Source of the DNA: an uncultured Thermoleophilia bacterium
GTDB lineage: Bacteria > Actinomycetota > Thermoleophilia > UBA2241
Assembly (NCBI GenBank): GCA_963695395.1
Contig: CAVOGK010000031.1
Span: forward strand, 31,637 to 95,636
Direction: 5' to 3'
DNA length: 64,000 nucleotides
This document shows positions 1-9,900 of the stretch, piece after piece (the first letter of the stretch is position 1; each line of letters starts with the position of its first letter). The position numbers and the translations under genes are program-made. The notes under the pieces are model-generated. The model did not search any database. It was not told the origin of the DNA and saw only the letters and a list, made by a program, of their open reading frames with translations.

Positions 1-204
1 GGGCCGGCGCGACACCTTCCGCGACCGGGATCTCACGGGGTCACCCTCCATGAACGGTGCGGCAGCGTCCGTCACACGCCAGTTACAGGCATATGCTCAT
101 AATACTCCTGTTCGTCCCGGGTGCAACGCTGGATCTGCGCGTGAGGTCGCTACACCCCAGAAGCGTCTGACGCACCGCCGATCCGGCATGCGCTGGCGGG
201 GCGA

Positions 205-360
205 CGGTCTCGCGGCCACTGGCCGTGTTCATCCCCGCGGGCAGCGTCCGTATGTGGAGGTCGTGGACGTCCTCGACGCTGGGAAGCGCCACCAACTCGT
301 GTCGGGCTGAGCCGTCGGATGCCTGTGCCGAGGATCGGCTCGATGTGTGGCCAGCCCACG
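205..360 (-). pseudogene. Fragment resembling a cation diffusion facilitator (CzcD-like) C-terminus
   Basis: LVALPSVEDVHDLHIRTLPAGMNTAS resembles the CDF 'V.DVHDLH.W' motif; no full ORF. Confidence 0.4.
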
Positions 361-383
361 GCGATGAGGACGCCGCCGGCGAT

Positions 384-902
384 CTATCGCAGCGTCTTCA
401 GATAGGCGAGCAGGTCGCTCCAGTCCTGGTCCGTGAGCTGCCACCGCGGCATCGGCCACTCGAGCCGGCTGCCCTCGGGGTCGAGGCCCTGGACGACGGC
501 GGTGCGCAGGGCGGCGTCCGTGAACGTGGGTCCCCGGCCGCCGTCCGGCTCCAACATGCCCTGTGGGTCCGTCAGGTTGCCGTAGGTGATGTTCGGCGCG
601 GTGAACATCATCGTCGAGCGGCCCCGGCCGTCGCTGCCGTGGCATCTGGCGCAGCCGCCGCCCATCAAGCCGCCGCCCATCATGCCGCCGCCGTTCGCGT
701 TGCCGCTGCGCGGAATGACCGCGCCGCTCGCGTCGCGGCCCGTCCGGAAGATGACCTCGCCGACCGAGAGCTCGGAGGTGCCGGCCGCCGGGCCGGCGCC
801 GCGCATGCGCGCGCCGATGACGAGCACTGCGGCGACCGCGAACAGGGCGACGACGAGCGCGGCGCCCGCGATCCAGAGGCTGCGCTGCGGAGAGCCGGCC
901 AC
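384..902 (-). CDS. Membrane-anchored c-type cytochrome with Gly/Met-rich insert
   Basis: N-terminal TM helix, CARCH heme-binding motif, distal MP motif, ends LLAYLKTL. Confidence 0.8.
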   Translation of the reverse strand: MAGSPQRSLWIAGAALVVALFAVAAVLVIGARMRGAGPAAGTSELSVGEVIFRTGRDASGAVIPRSGNANGGGMMGGGLMGGGCARCHGSDGRGRSTMMFTAPNITYGNLTDPQGMLEPDGGRGPTFTDAALRTAVVQGLDPEGSRLEWPMPRWQLTDQDWSDLLAYLKTLR

Positions 903-906
903 CAGG

Positions 907-1182
907 CTAGAGGTCGCTGAGCTTCTGCAGGTACTCGTCGCGCTCGATCTCGCCGGCGGCGTAGCGCCGCTTGAGGATCTCCTGGGGTGACTCAGGTGAG
1001 CTCATCGTGGCGGGAGGAGCAGCCGCCGCCGCACTTGCGCCGCCCGACTGCTGGCCGAGGTACCTGACGAGAAACACGATCGCTATGACGATGGCGGCCA
1101 CGAAGACGATCATGAACAGGAGCATCAGCCAGCCTTCCCAGCCGGCGCCGTGGCCCCAGTTTCCGTTGTCGTTCCACATCAT
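907..1182 (-). CDS. SHOCT-domain small membrane protein
   Basis: TM helix plus C-terminal ILKRRYAAGEIERDEY. Confidence 0.85.
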   Translation of the reverse strand: MMWNDNGNWGHGAGWEGWLMLLFMIVFVAAIVIAIVFLVRYLGQQSGGASAAAAAPPATMSSPESPQEILKRRYAAGEIERDEYLQKLSDL

Positions 1183-1318
1183 CGCTACTTGTCACCTCGC
1201 GTCGTTGGTTGCCGGGTGGTCGATTCGACGCGCTCCCTCAGCGAATCGGAAGTCCCCGGCCGGAGCGGCAGGCGCTCCGGCCGGGGACGACGTGGTGAGC
1301 GAACGGGGAGCGGAGGAC

Positions 1319-2134
1319 TTACCAGCCGAAGCCGCCCCACATGCCGCCGAGGCCCATCCAGCCGCCGGCGCCGTCGCGCATGCGGCTGCTGGTCACCTTC
1401 AGGTGGTGATGCCGGTAGAAGGACCTCACCTGCGTGCGCTGATGGGCGCGCAGGGTCTTGAGGGCGGTTCGCGCCGCCGCGCTCTTCGGGTGGTCGCCGT
1501 AGCGGTGCTGCCAGGCGGTCGCCTTGGCGATCTGCTTGGCCCGCATCGTGAGCCACTGGCTCAGGGCGCCGGGATGGTTCGCCATCCAGGAGGCGCCGTG
1601 GCCGGTGCCCCACATGTGACGCGCGTCCCAGTCGTGGTGGCCCGTCATGGCGCCGTCGTCCCAGCCGCCCCACATGCCGTCGGAGGGGCAGGTCCAGGTG
1701 GCGCCGTTCCCGTACTGCTCGTAGAAGGCCTTCATGTCGTTCCAGGACGCGGTCCAGAGGTCGTGCAGCGCCTGCTGGGCCTCCGGGCTCCTCAGGTCGG
1801 CCTTGTAGGTGTCGCGCCAGGTCTGCATGGCGGCCAGGTGATCGGCCTTGAGCTGCAGCCAGGCTTCACGGGCCGCCGGGTTGTCGGCGAGCCAGCCGGC
1901 GCCGGAGCCGGTGCCCCACATGCCGGTGCCGCCCCAGTGACCCGTACCATCCCACATGCCGCCGCCGCACCAGCAGTCGTGCCCGGTGGTGTCGCCGGTC
2001 GTGCCGTCACCCATCATGCCGCCCGGAGATGTCGAGGTGCTGGAGCCGCTGGCGCCGGCGATCGGCACCAGGAGAGCGGCGCCGAGCACGACGACCGCGA
2101 GGGCCGTGAGCATTGCCTTGAACTTGCCTGTCAT
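1319..2134 (-). CDS. Secreted Gly/Trp/Met/His-rich protein (paralog of 45317-46108)
   Basis: Signal peptide; repeated GMWG and WGTG.GA.W..N.P units; second copy conserved in the window. Confidence 0.75.
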   Translation of the reverse strand: MTGKFKAMLTALAVVVLGAALLVPIAGASGSSTSTSPGGMMGDGTTGDTTGHDCWCGGGMWDGTGHWGGTGMWGTGSGAGWLADNPAAREAWLQLKADHLAAMQTWRDTYKADLRSPEAQQALHDLWTASWNDMKAFYEQYGNGATWTCPSDGMWGGWDDGAMTGHHDWDARHMWGTGHGASWMANHPGALSQWLTMRAKQIAKATAWQHRYGDHPKSAAARTALKTLRAHQRTQVRSFYRHHHLKVTSSRMRDGAGGWMGLGGMWGGFGW

Positions 2135-2209
2135 GCGCTGACCATCCCTTGTCTCGGTTGCGAGAGGTGCGTGGTCCTCAGGGTTCCGGACCATTTTACT
2201 CCCCAATGG

Positions 2210-2225
2210 TGAAGGACTTGTGAAG
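2210..2225 (-). promoter_or_regulatory. TTCACAAGTCC-type 11-bp-period repeat, putative response-regulator site
   Basis: Same motif at 14772-14815 and 46177-46191, each upstream of a Gly/Met-rich secreted gene. Confidence 0.5.
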
Positions 2226-2271
2226 CGATGTCCCACGGGCCTCCTTCGCAGTCGCTCGGTGCTTCCACTGC

Positions 2272-2301
2272 TAGAGACACCTGAGTGCGGCGTTTCTTAC
2301 A
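2272..2301 (-). promoter_or_regulatory. Putative ECF promoter TGTAAGAAA-N12-GTGTYYYA
   Basis: One of four copies with identical 12-nt spacing upstream of genes flanking the ECF sigma. Confidence 0.65.
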
Positions 2302-2322
2302 GTCGCGCCGCAAGATGCGTCG

Positions 2323-3485
2323 TCAGTCGCCGCCGCCATCGTGGCTGACGGACGTGCCGCCACCGTCGTGGGTCGTCGTCGTGCTGGTCGAATGATCGGT
2401 GGTGGGGCTGGTGCTGGTGGCGCCGTCGTGCGTCGTCGTGGTGGAGCCGTCGCCGGCATCGTGCGTCGCGGCTTGATGACTCCCGCCGCCGGAGTGATCG
2501 CCGGCGTGCTTCTGCGACGACGCAGCGTGGTGGGCGGCCTTGCGCGCGTGCTCGCCCGGCGGCTCTCCATGGCCGGCGCGGTGACCACCATGACCGCTGC
2601 CGGTCGCCGGCGACGACCGGTGCCCGGCTTCTGCCGGAGCCGCTGAGATCGCGGCCGCCGCGGGCCCAGGGCCTCCATGCTGCGACTCATTGACCGCGAC
2701 CACGCCGCCACCGATGACGACGGTCGCGGCGGCGGCCGTGATCGCCGCCTTGGTCGTGACGGCGGCGCCGATCTTGGCCAGCAGCCCGGCGCCGGCGGGG
2801 CCAACGGCCGCGGAGATGTCGGGCTGGGGCAGCGCGTGCACGGGCGAGAGGTGGGCGGAAGCGGCGGCATCGCCTGCAGCGTCGCCGGCACGCTGAGGGG
2901 AACGAGCACGAGGCCGAGCGCGGCGGGCGCGGTCGCATCGGCGCCGGCGAGCTTGGCGAAGACGGTCTTGAACGAGGCCCGCGCCCGGTGCACCAGCACG
3001 TCTGCCGTCGGCCTCGAGACCTCCATGACCTCGGCGATCTCCTCGGGCGGCAGGCCCTGGAGGTCTTTGAGCACGAGGGCGGTGCGGTAGCGCTCGTTCA
3101 TCTCGCCGAGCGACTGCTCGACGAGCGCCACGGTCTGCGCGCGCTCGAACTCGTCGACCCCTGAGGTGGCCTGCTCGAGGCCGGCGTCGCCGCCGCCGTC
3201 GAGCTTGCGCCGCGAGCGCAGCTGGTTGAAGCAGGCGTTCGTGGCCACGCGGTAGAGCCAGGCGCGCAGCCCGAACGACTCCTCGTCCGCCTCAGGCAGC
3301 TGGTCGAACGCCTTGATGAACACTTCCTGGGTCACGTCCTTGGCCTCCTCGCGGTCGCCGAGGACCCGCGCGCAGAGGTTGTAGATGGGTGCGTGGTACT
3401 CGCCGTAGAGGCGCTCGAACGCGTCGCGGCGCCCGGCCCGGAGGCCGCGCACGAGATCGGGGGCTGTGGCGGGAGGTGAGGACAT
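2323..3485 (-). CDS. ECF sigma factor with C-terminal TM and His/Thr-rich extension (frameshift near 2845)
   Basis: Sigma2 motifs DVTQEVF/AWLYRVATN and sigma4 EEIAEVM; tail continues in ORF 2323-2841; paralog at 46289-47510 reads through this junction in frame. Confidence 0.85.
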
Positions 3486-3599
3486 CAGGTCGGAAGCTCC
3501 GAGCCTAACGGTACTCTCATACAGCCGGGGTTCAACCGATCCCCACGGCGCGAGGATCGGCCGCGGACGGCCGACCCTCGCGACTTCCAGGGTGCCTGC

Positions 3600-4085
3600 T
3601 CAGTCACCGCCGTGGCCCCCGCCGTGCCCGCCGTCGTGACCGCTGCCGGAGGCGTGCGTCTGGTTGCTGGGCTCGGAGTGGTGCGAACCCGACTGGCCGC
3701 CGGAGGTGCTCTGACCGCTGTTCTGCACACGGTCGACGTGCAGCGTCTTCGCAGTATGCGTGCGCTGCTCAGACTTGTGCTGCGTCTTCGCCTCATGCGT
3801 GCGCTGCTGAGACCTGTGCTGCGCCTCGGCGTCCTTGCGATGGACGCGGCGCTCGTGGTTCTCCGTGCGCTGCGCCTCGCGGGCGTGGCTGCCCGACTGG
3901 TCGTCGATCAGGTGCGCCAGCTGCTCGGCCGTGAACGTCACCGTGTAGGTGGGCTGCGCCGTCTGCGCCTGACTGCCGGCCGCCTGGCCGTTCTCCTTCG
4001 TCAGGTGCTGCACGCCCGCCATGGCGACGGTCGTCATGGCGAACACGATCGCCGCCGTGGCGACGATGGTCTTGAGTGCCTTCAT
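3600..4085 (-). CDS. Secreted His/Gln-rich protein (paralog of 47624-48090)
   Basis: Signal peptide MKALKTIVAT; C-terminus GHDGGHGGGHGGD; upstream GGAGA. Confidence 0.7.
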   Translation of the reverse strand: MKALKTIVATAAIVFAMTTVAMAGVQHLTKENGQAAGSQAQTAQPTYTVTFTAEQLAHLIDDQSGSHAREAQRTENHERRVHRKDAEAQHRSQQRTHEAKTQHKSEQRTHTAKTLHVDRVQNSGQSTSGGQSGSHHSEPSNQTHASGSGHDGGHGGGHGGD

Positions 4086-4121
4086 GGTCTCTCCCGCGTC
4101 GTTGGTGTGTCCTCTCACCTG

Positions 4122-4151
4122 TTGGAACACGGGAGAGCGGCGTTTCTTACA
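4122..4151 (-). promoter_or_regulatory. Putative ECF promoter, copy 2
   Basis: TGTAAGAAA-N12-GTGTTCCAA. Confidence 0.65.
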
Positions 4152-4368
4152 CCGGCGCTGTCATCTGGTGACGGGCCGTGGCGTCCGACCGCTGGTTGCC
4201 CATGGTGCCTCGCCTCCCTATTCTGCGATGATTCCGACTTCTCGTTGTCCCAGCTGCCGTGGGCCCGGCTCATCGGCGAGACGACGAAGCGCAAGGAGCT
4301 CGTCTTCTTGGAGGCGTGGGGCAGAAGGGCGATCGAGCCTTGACCGATTCCGCAGAGGAGGGCGCTCT

Positions 4369-4959
4369 GTGAAGGTGCGCGACAGCGGCATGCCCGACGA
4401 GGGCCTCTGGGAGCAGCTGTTCGAGGTCGAGCTCATCCTCGACCGCCTCGGCGTCGGCGGGCTCACCGACCTGACCGAGCTGGGCTGCGGCTACGGTACG
4501 TTCACCGTCCCGGTCGCCCGACGGATCACAGGAACACTGCACACCTATGACATGGACGAGACGATGGTGGCGCGGACCCGGGAGCGCGCGGCTGATGCCG
4601 GTCTGGCGAACGTCGTGGTCGAGCGCCGTGACGTCCTGGCGCAGGGCTTCGGTCTGACGCCGGCATCGCAGGACGGCTGCCTGCTCTTCAACATCCTCCA
4701 TCACGACGACCCCGTGGCTATCCTGACCGCAGCGGGCAAGATCCTGCGGCCGGGCGGTCGGTTGTTCGTCATCCACTGGCGGCATGATCCGAGGACGCCG
4801 CGGGGCCCCGACCTGAGCATCAGACCGCGGCCCGAACAGGTCATGGCCTGGGCTGATCAGGCAGGCTTCATCTGCGCGCGCAATGAGACGCGCGACCTTC
4901 CGCCGTGGCACTACGGCCTGGTGTTCACGAACGCAGGCGACGCAGAAAGAGGATCGTGA
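4369..4959 (+). CDS. Class I SAM-dependent methyltransferase
   Basis: ELGCGYG motif I and LRPGG motif; GTG start after GAGGAG. Confidence 0.85.
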   Translation: MKVRDSGMPDEGLWEQLFEVELILDRLGVGGLTDLTELGCGYGTFTVPVARRITGTLHTYDMDETMVARTRERAADAGLANVVVERRDVLAQGFGLTPASQDGCLLFNILHHDDPVAILTAAGKILRPGGRLFVIHWRHDPRTPRGPDLSIRPRPEQVMAWADQAGFICARNETRDLPPWHYGLVFTNAGDAERGS

Positions 4960-5753
4960 ACCGTCTCCGCTTTGGCACCTTCCTCGCTCCGAACATCATG
5001 CCGGTCTATCAAGTCGTCACCGAGGAAGTCGGGCGCCGCCTCGGGATCGAGACCGAACTGGTCATCGAGACCGACTACGCGGCCTGCGCCGAGGACAACA
5101 ACGAGGTCTGCTTCGTGTGCAGCCTCCCCTACGTGGACTTCGAGCGCCGGGGCACCGCACCGGCGGTCCCGATCGCCGCACCGGTCCTCACGGGCGACCG
5201 CTACGCCGGCAGGCCCATCTACTTCTCCGACGTCATCGTCCACCGGGACAGCCCCTTTCAGTCGTTCCTCGACCTGCGCGGCCACTCCTGGGCCTACAAC
5301 GAGCCACTCTCGCACTCGGGGTACGGGATCACGCGCTACCACCTGGTGGAGATCGGTGAGACGCGCGGCTTCTTCAGCGAGGTCATCGAGGCCGGCTTTC
5401 ACGAGGAGTCGGTCCGCATGGTCGCGGCGCGCGAGGTCGACGCATCGGCCATCGATTCTCAGGTGCTGGCCGTGATGATGCGCGACGATCCGCCACTGGC
5501 GCGGTCACTGCGCATCATCGCCGCCCTCGGCCCATCGACGATCCAGCCGGTGGCCGCGTCGAAGCGGGTCCCGCTCGAGCTGCGCCACGAGATCGAGCAC
5601 GTCCTGACGACGCTGCACGAGGACCCGGGCGTCCGTGAGCGCCTGGCCCTCGGTCTGGTCGAGCGCTTCGTGCCGGCAGGCCCCTCCTCCTACGACGACA
5701 TCCGCAGGATGCTGGAAGCCTGTGAGGCGGCGGGGTTCATGGAGATCCGCTGA
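4956..5753 (+). CDS. PhnD/SsuA-type substrate-binding protein
   Basis: YFSDVIV, AYNEPLSHSGY, GFHEES..VDASAIDS motifs. Confidence 0.8.
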   Translation: MNRLRFGTFLAPNIMPVYQVVTEEVGRRLGIETELVIETDYAACAEDNNEVCFVCSLPYVDFERRGTAPAVPIAAPVLTGDRYAGRPIYFSDVIVHRDSPFQSFLDLRGHSWAYNEPLSHSGYGITRYHLVEIGETRGFFSEVIEAGFHEESVRMVAAREVDASAIDSQVLAVMMRDDPPLARSLRIIAALGPSTIQPVAASKRVPLELRHEIEHVLTTLHEDPGVRERLALGLVERFVPAGPSSYDDIRRMLEACEAAGFMEIR

Positions 5754-5783
5754 CGCCCGCGGGGGCGGCGGCCGCGCCATCTA

Positions 5784-7142
5784 TCATCGCTTCCGTGGCC
5801 GTCGCCACCTCGGCGTCGGCGCAGTCGGGAAGTCAGTCCTCGGTGGAGGAGGGCGTCTCCGCGGGAACCGCAGCTCGACGATGCGCGCCTCATCGACGGC
5901 CGTGACGGTGACCGCGCGGCCCTCGATGGTGACGATCGCTCCGGCTTCGGGCACGCGCCCGAGCAGCTCGACCACGTGTCCGCCGATGGTGGCCTCACCG
6001 GTGTTCTCGAGTTCGATGCCGAGCTCGTCCTCTACGTCACCCAGGGGCGCTGTTCCGGCGACCACGAGCGCGTCGCCGTCGCGGCGGATCTCGATGTCGT
6101 GCTCGCCGTCTTCCTCCTCCTCGAACTCGCCGACGATCTCCTCAAGGATGTCTTCGAGGGTGATGAGGCCGACGGTCGTGCCGAACTCGTCGACGACCAG
6201 CGCGAGGTGCTGGCGCTTCTGTCGGAGCTCACGGAGCACCTGATCGACGAGGGTCGATTCGGAGACCCTCGCAAGTGGCCGCGAGAGCTCCCTGAGGTCG
6301 GTCTCGACGCCCCCGAGAGCGAGGCGCAGCAGCTCCTTGAAGTTGATGACGCCGACCGGGTCGTCGAGTCCTTCCTCCGCCTTGCACAGCGGGAGCCTTG
6401 TGTGCAGGCTGCCGCTCGCGCGCTGCACCGCTTCGCTGATGGTCTCGCCGACGATGAGATAGTCGATCTCGCCGCGCGGCACCATGACCTGGCGGGCGCG
6501 CAGGTCGCCGAACACGAGCACGTTCTCGGCGAACTCGCGCTCGTAGCTCTCGATAAGCCCCTCGCGCACGCTCTGCGCGAGGAGCATCCGCAACTCGTCC
6601 TCGGTGTGAGGCGCGTGGCCTACCTCTCGAGCGGGCGGGATGCCGAACGGCCTCAGCACCAGGTTGCCGAGGTAGTTGAAGGCGTCGACCAGTGGTTTGG
6701 TGACGAGGTAGAAGGCTCGCATCGGAGGCGCGACGAACAGGATGGTCGGGGTCGTGCGAGCGATGGCCAGTGACTTGGGCGCGAGTTCCCCGAGGACCAC
6801 GTGCAGCAGGGTCACGAGGCCGAACGCGAAGATGAAGCTGATGCCGGCGGCCACGTTCGGGGCGAGGGCGCCCAGGACCGGCTCCAGCAGGTGCTCGAAG
6901 GCCGGCTCCGCCAGCGCGCCGAGGCCGATGCTCGCGATGGTGATGCCGAGCTGGCAGGCGGCGAGGTAGGCGTCGATGTGCTCCACGGCGTGGCGCGCAG
7001 CCTTGGCGCCCGGCTTGCCCTGCTTCTCGAGCTCGATCACCTGGCTGTGGCGCACGCGCGCGATCGCGAACTCGGTCGCGACGAAGAAGCCGTTGAGGCC
7101 CACGAGGATCAGTGCGCCGACGATGCGGAGCGCCTCACTCAC
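5784..7142 (-). CDS. Hemolysin-family CNNM/CBS/CorC protein
   Basis: NGFFVATEFA, GELAPKS, VVDEFG..GLITLEDILEEIVG. Confidence 0.92.
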   Translation of the reverse strand: MSEALRIVGALILVGLNGFFVATEFAIARVRHSQVIELEKQGKPGAKAARHAVEHIDAYLAACQLGITIASIGLGALAEPAFEHLLEPVLGALAPNVAAGISFIFAFGLVTLLHVVLGELAPKSLAIARTTPTILFVAPPMRAFYLVTKPLVDAFNYLGNLVLRPFGIPPAREVGHAPHTEDELRMLLAQSVREGLIESYEREFAENVLVFGDLRARQVMVPRGEIDYLIVGETISEAVQRASGSLHTRLPLCKAEEGLDDPVGVINFKELLRLALGGVETDLRELSRPLARVSESTLVDQVLRELRQKRQHLALVVDEFGTTVGLITLEDILEEIVGEFEEEEDGEHDIEIRRDGDALVVAGTAPLGDVEDELGIELENTGEATIGGHVVELLGRVPEAGAIVTIEGRAVTVTAVDEARIVELRFPRRRPPPPRTDFPTAPTPRWRRPRKR

Positions 7143-7414
7143 GCGAGCTCACTGGGCGCACGCCCACGGCAGGAGTGTTCCGGCCCGGCGCGCCTGCAGC
7201 AAGCATCTCGCGCCGGACCGCCGCGTTTGCCGGATCCGGGGTCGTCGTCCACGGTAGAGAGCATACCCGAGGACGCGCCTCTCTCCCACGCGAGTCCTGT
7301 CGAGGCCGGCCGGGCGCATCCGGAGGAGTTCAGTGCGAACTGCCGGCGACTCGCCATGCAGATGCTCCGGGCTCCGGTGATACGCCCGTCCGAGCCGAGA
7401 CGCTGCAGTCCTGC

Positions 7415-7550
7415 GTGCGCTCACCACCACCGTTCGGATGACGGCTGTGGCCGGGCTCGACGAGGTCACGCGGGCCGCGCTCGAGCGCGCCGAGGAGACG
7501 GTCCTCGAGGACACTCGGCCGGTGCTTGGCAACGTCGTCTCACTCACCAG
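7415..7550 (+). pseudogene. Integrase C-terminal remnant
   Basis: AVAGLDEVTRAALERAEETVLED..NVVSL matches the tail of the integrase at 50894-52198. Confidence 0.85.
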
Positions 7551-7589
7551 GCCACCGTCGCTGCTGCTACCTGTGGGCATCGGCAGTCG

Positions 7590-8258
7590 TCAGGCCGCGC
7601 CCGAACCGCCCTCCGGCAGGAGAAGCTCGGCAAGGCTCGTCGCGAGCCAGTCGCGGTGGCGCTGCCTTGTCCAGCCCCGAACGCGGACGAGGAGCTGGTG
7701 CAGCTCGGGACTCGTCAGCGCCCAGACCGTGTCGACGGCTTCGTCCTTCTCGAGCCGGAGCGGCCCGTTGAGAGCAAGGGCCTCGACGAGCATGCGGAGG
7801 TTCTTCAGCCGGTCGGCGTGCAGCGTGGCGAGGAGGTCCGCCAGCTCGGGGTCGGATCGCGCGACGCCCGCGACGATCGTGACGAGCGGCGCCGCGCGTT
7901 CGAGGCGGAGCGAGATGTCGGCGGCGAACAGCCGCAGCTGCTCGTGCTGGTCGGTGGCGGCGGCGATCGCTCGCGGACCCGCCTGCTCGGGCACGGGTGC
8001 CTGGTCGTCGCCGCGGACCGCGCCGCGGACGAGCTCGCCGAGCACGGCGCGCTTGGTCCCGAACCGTGCGTAGACGGTCTCGGGCGACACGTGGGCCGTC
8101 TCGGCGATCGCCGCGATGCTCGTGCCTTCGTACCCGCGCTCCTCGAACAGGCTGGCGGCGGCATCGAGCACGAGGGCACGGGTCTGCTCCGCCTGAGCGC
8201 GGCGGAGCTCGGAACGATAGGCGCGAGGCCGATGTTCGTTTCCCGACACAAGGGGCAT
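7590..8258 (-). CDS. TetR family regulator
   Basis: HTH TSIAAIAETAHVSPETVYARFGTK. Confidence 0.9.
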   Translation of the reverse strand: MPLVSGNEHRPRAYRSELRRAQAEQTRALVLDAAASLFEERGYEGTSIAAIAETAHVSPETVYARFGTKRAVLGELVRGAVRGDDQAPVPEQAGPRAIAAATDQHEQLRLFAADISLRLERAAPLVTIVAGVARSDPELADLLATLHADRLKNLRMLVEALALNGPLRLEKDEAVDTVWALTSPELHQLLVRVRGWTRQRHRDWLATSLAELLLPEGGSGAA

Positions 8259-8275
8259 AGTAACACAGTATCAAC

Positions 8276-8290
8276 TACAGTAAAACTGTA
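8276..8290. promoter_or_regulatory. Probable TetR operator
   Basis: Palindrome TACAGT-AAA-ACTGTA between divergent genes. Confidence 0.6.
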
Positions 8291-8307
8291 TTGAAATGGA
8301 GGACACC

Positions 8308-8793
8308 ATGCCGTCCAGTCCAGAGACAATCGCCCGCCGCCTCATCGAGGAAGGCTTCAACCGGGGCGACCTCAGCGTCGCCGACGAACTCACCTCCCCC
8401 AGCATGGTCGAGCATCAGAACTTCGGACCCGACCACGCTCCCGGGGCCGAGGGCGTCAAAGCGGTGATCCGCTCACTGCGGGGCGCGTTCTCCGACTTCC
8501 ATCTCACCATCGACGACCTCGCCGTCAGCGGCGACACGGTCTGGCTGCGCATGACCGGCACCGGGACGAACGACGGTCGCTTCATGGGCCATGCGCCGAC
8601 CGGTCGCCGGATCCGTATCGATGTCATCGACGTCGTTCGCATCGAGGACGGACTCCTGGCCGAGCACTGGGGTGTCCCTGATCGACTCGGTGCGCTCTTC
8701 CAGCTCGGGCTGGCTCAGCCGCCAGGCGCGGCCACCTCGCCGGCCTCCGCCGCTGACCGCCTCGCTGCCGACACCCCGTCGCGCGTGGGGTGA
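8308..8793 (+). CDS. SnoaL-like ester cyclase
   Basis: AFSDFHLTIDD, GT.DG.FMG.APTGR, EHWG; GGAGGA RBS. Confidence 0.88.
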   Translation: MPSSPETIARRLIEEGFNRGDLSVADELTSPSMVEHQNFGPDHAPGAEGVKAVIRSLRGAFSDFHLTIDDLAVSGDTVWLRMTGTGTNDGRFMGHAPTGRRIRIDVIDVVRIEDGLLAEHWGVPDRLGALFQLGLAQPPGAATSPASAADRLAADTPSRVG

Positions 8794-8928
8794 ACAGGAG
8801 CACGCGAGGCGGACGAGGGCCGCGGGTGCGTCAACCACCCGACCGATGCGCCGCCTCAGGCATCGCTGCTGCCCGTCTCCGGCCGCCGTCCTCGCAGACG
8901 GCGGCCGGAGACCATCGCTCAGCCCGTC

Positions 8929-9900
8929 TCATATGGTGATGACGACCTTGCCTTCAGCGTGCCCCTCCCCGAAGTAGGAGATGGCCTCGCGAACCCGGCT
9001 CAGAGGGTACGTCCTGCCGACGACCGGCGTCAGCGTCCCGGATTCCATGAGCTCCTTCAGGACCAGCAGGTCGCTCTGCCCCGGGTGCTCATGACACACG
9101 CGGATCCGCTGCGGCACGAACAACGACAGCAGAGGCGCCTTGATGAGGAGGACCCCCGTGCTGGCGAACCAGCGCTTGTAGAACTGGCCGCCGTTGGGCA
9201 CGAGCGTTCCGCTGCGGCTCACCGCTCGCAGGAGCTCGGACAATGAGTGACGCAAGACGTTGTCGAGCACGAGGTCGTACCGCTTCTCGCCTTCGATGAA
9301 GTCCTCCAGCGCGTAGTCGATGACGTGGTCGGCGCCGATCGACCGGACCAGGTCCTGCTTCGACGAGCTGCACACGCCGGTCACCTCGGCGCCGAACGAC
9401 TTGGCGATCTGCACCGCGAACGTGCCGACCCCTCCTCCTGCGCCGACGATCAGGACCTTCTGCCCCGGCAGGATGCCGCCCGCGTCGCGCAGCGCGTGGA
9501 GGGCGGTGAGGCCGGACATCGGAACGCCTGCCGCCTGCTCGAACGTCATGTCGGCCGGCTTGGCGACGAGATGCTTCTCAGGAGCGACCGCGTACTCGGC
9601 GAACGTGCCGGCGCCTCGGCCGAAGACCTCATCTCCCACCCGGAGCCGGGTCACGTTCTTGCCGACGGCATCAACGATCCCGGCCATGTCCGTGCCGCGA
9701 ACACCCAGCTTCGGTCGGCGCAGCCCGAAGGCCAGCCGGACGATGTAGGGCACGCCGTGAACGCCGGCCCAGTCGGGGGGGTTCACCGCGGCAGCGTGGA
9801 CGCGCACGAGCACCTCGTCGTCCTTGACGACCGGCTTGTCGATGTCCTTGAGCTCCAGGACCTCCGGTGAGCCGTACGTGTTCTGCACCGCCGCCTTCAA
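8929..9900 (-). CDS. NAD(P)-dependent MDR-family alcohol dehydrogenase/quinone oxidoreductase
   Basis: KAAVQNTYGSPEVL, GAGGGVG, GKVVIT; TTG start overlapping the upstream stop. Confidence 0.9.
   Translation of the reverse strand: MKAAVQNTYGSPEVLELKDIDKPVVKDDEVLVRVHAAAVNPPDWAGVHGVPYIVRLAFGLRRPKLGVRGTDMAGIVDAVGKNVTRLRVGDEVFGRGAGTFAEYAVAPEKHLVAKPADMTFEQAAGVPMSGLTALHALRDAGGILPGQKVLIVGAGGGVGTFAVQIAKSFGAEVTGVCSSSKQDLVRSIGADHVIDYALEDFIEGEKRYDLVLDNVLRHSLSELLRAVSRSGTLVPNGGQFYKRWFASTGVLLIKAPLLSLFVPQRIRVCHEHPGQSDLLVLKELMESGTLTPVVGRTYPLSRVREAISYFGEGHAEGKVVITI

Noticed and set aside
1319-4151. Duplication with 45317-48154 as an assembly artefact
   Set aside because: The copies differ by many substitutions and have distinct tails and flanks, indicating real paralogs.
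6801-8294. Long alternative-frame ORFs (e.g. 971-2212, 6801-8294, 24602-25678, 36065-37504)
   Set aside because: Arg/Ala/Pro-rich shadow ORFs typical of high-GC DNA that overlap better-supported genes.
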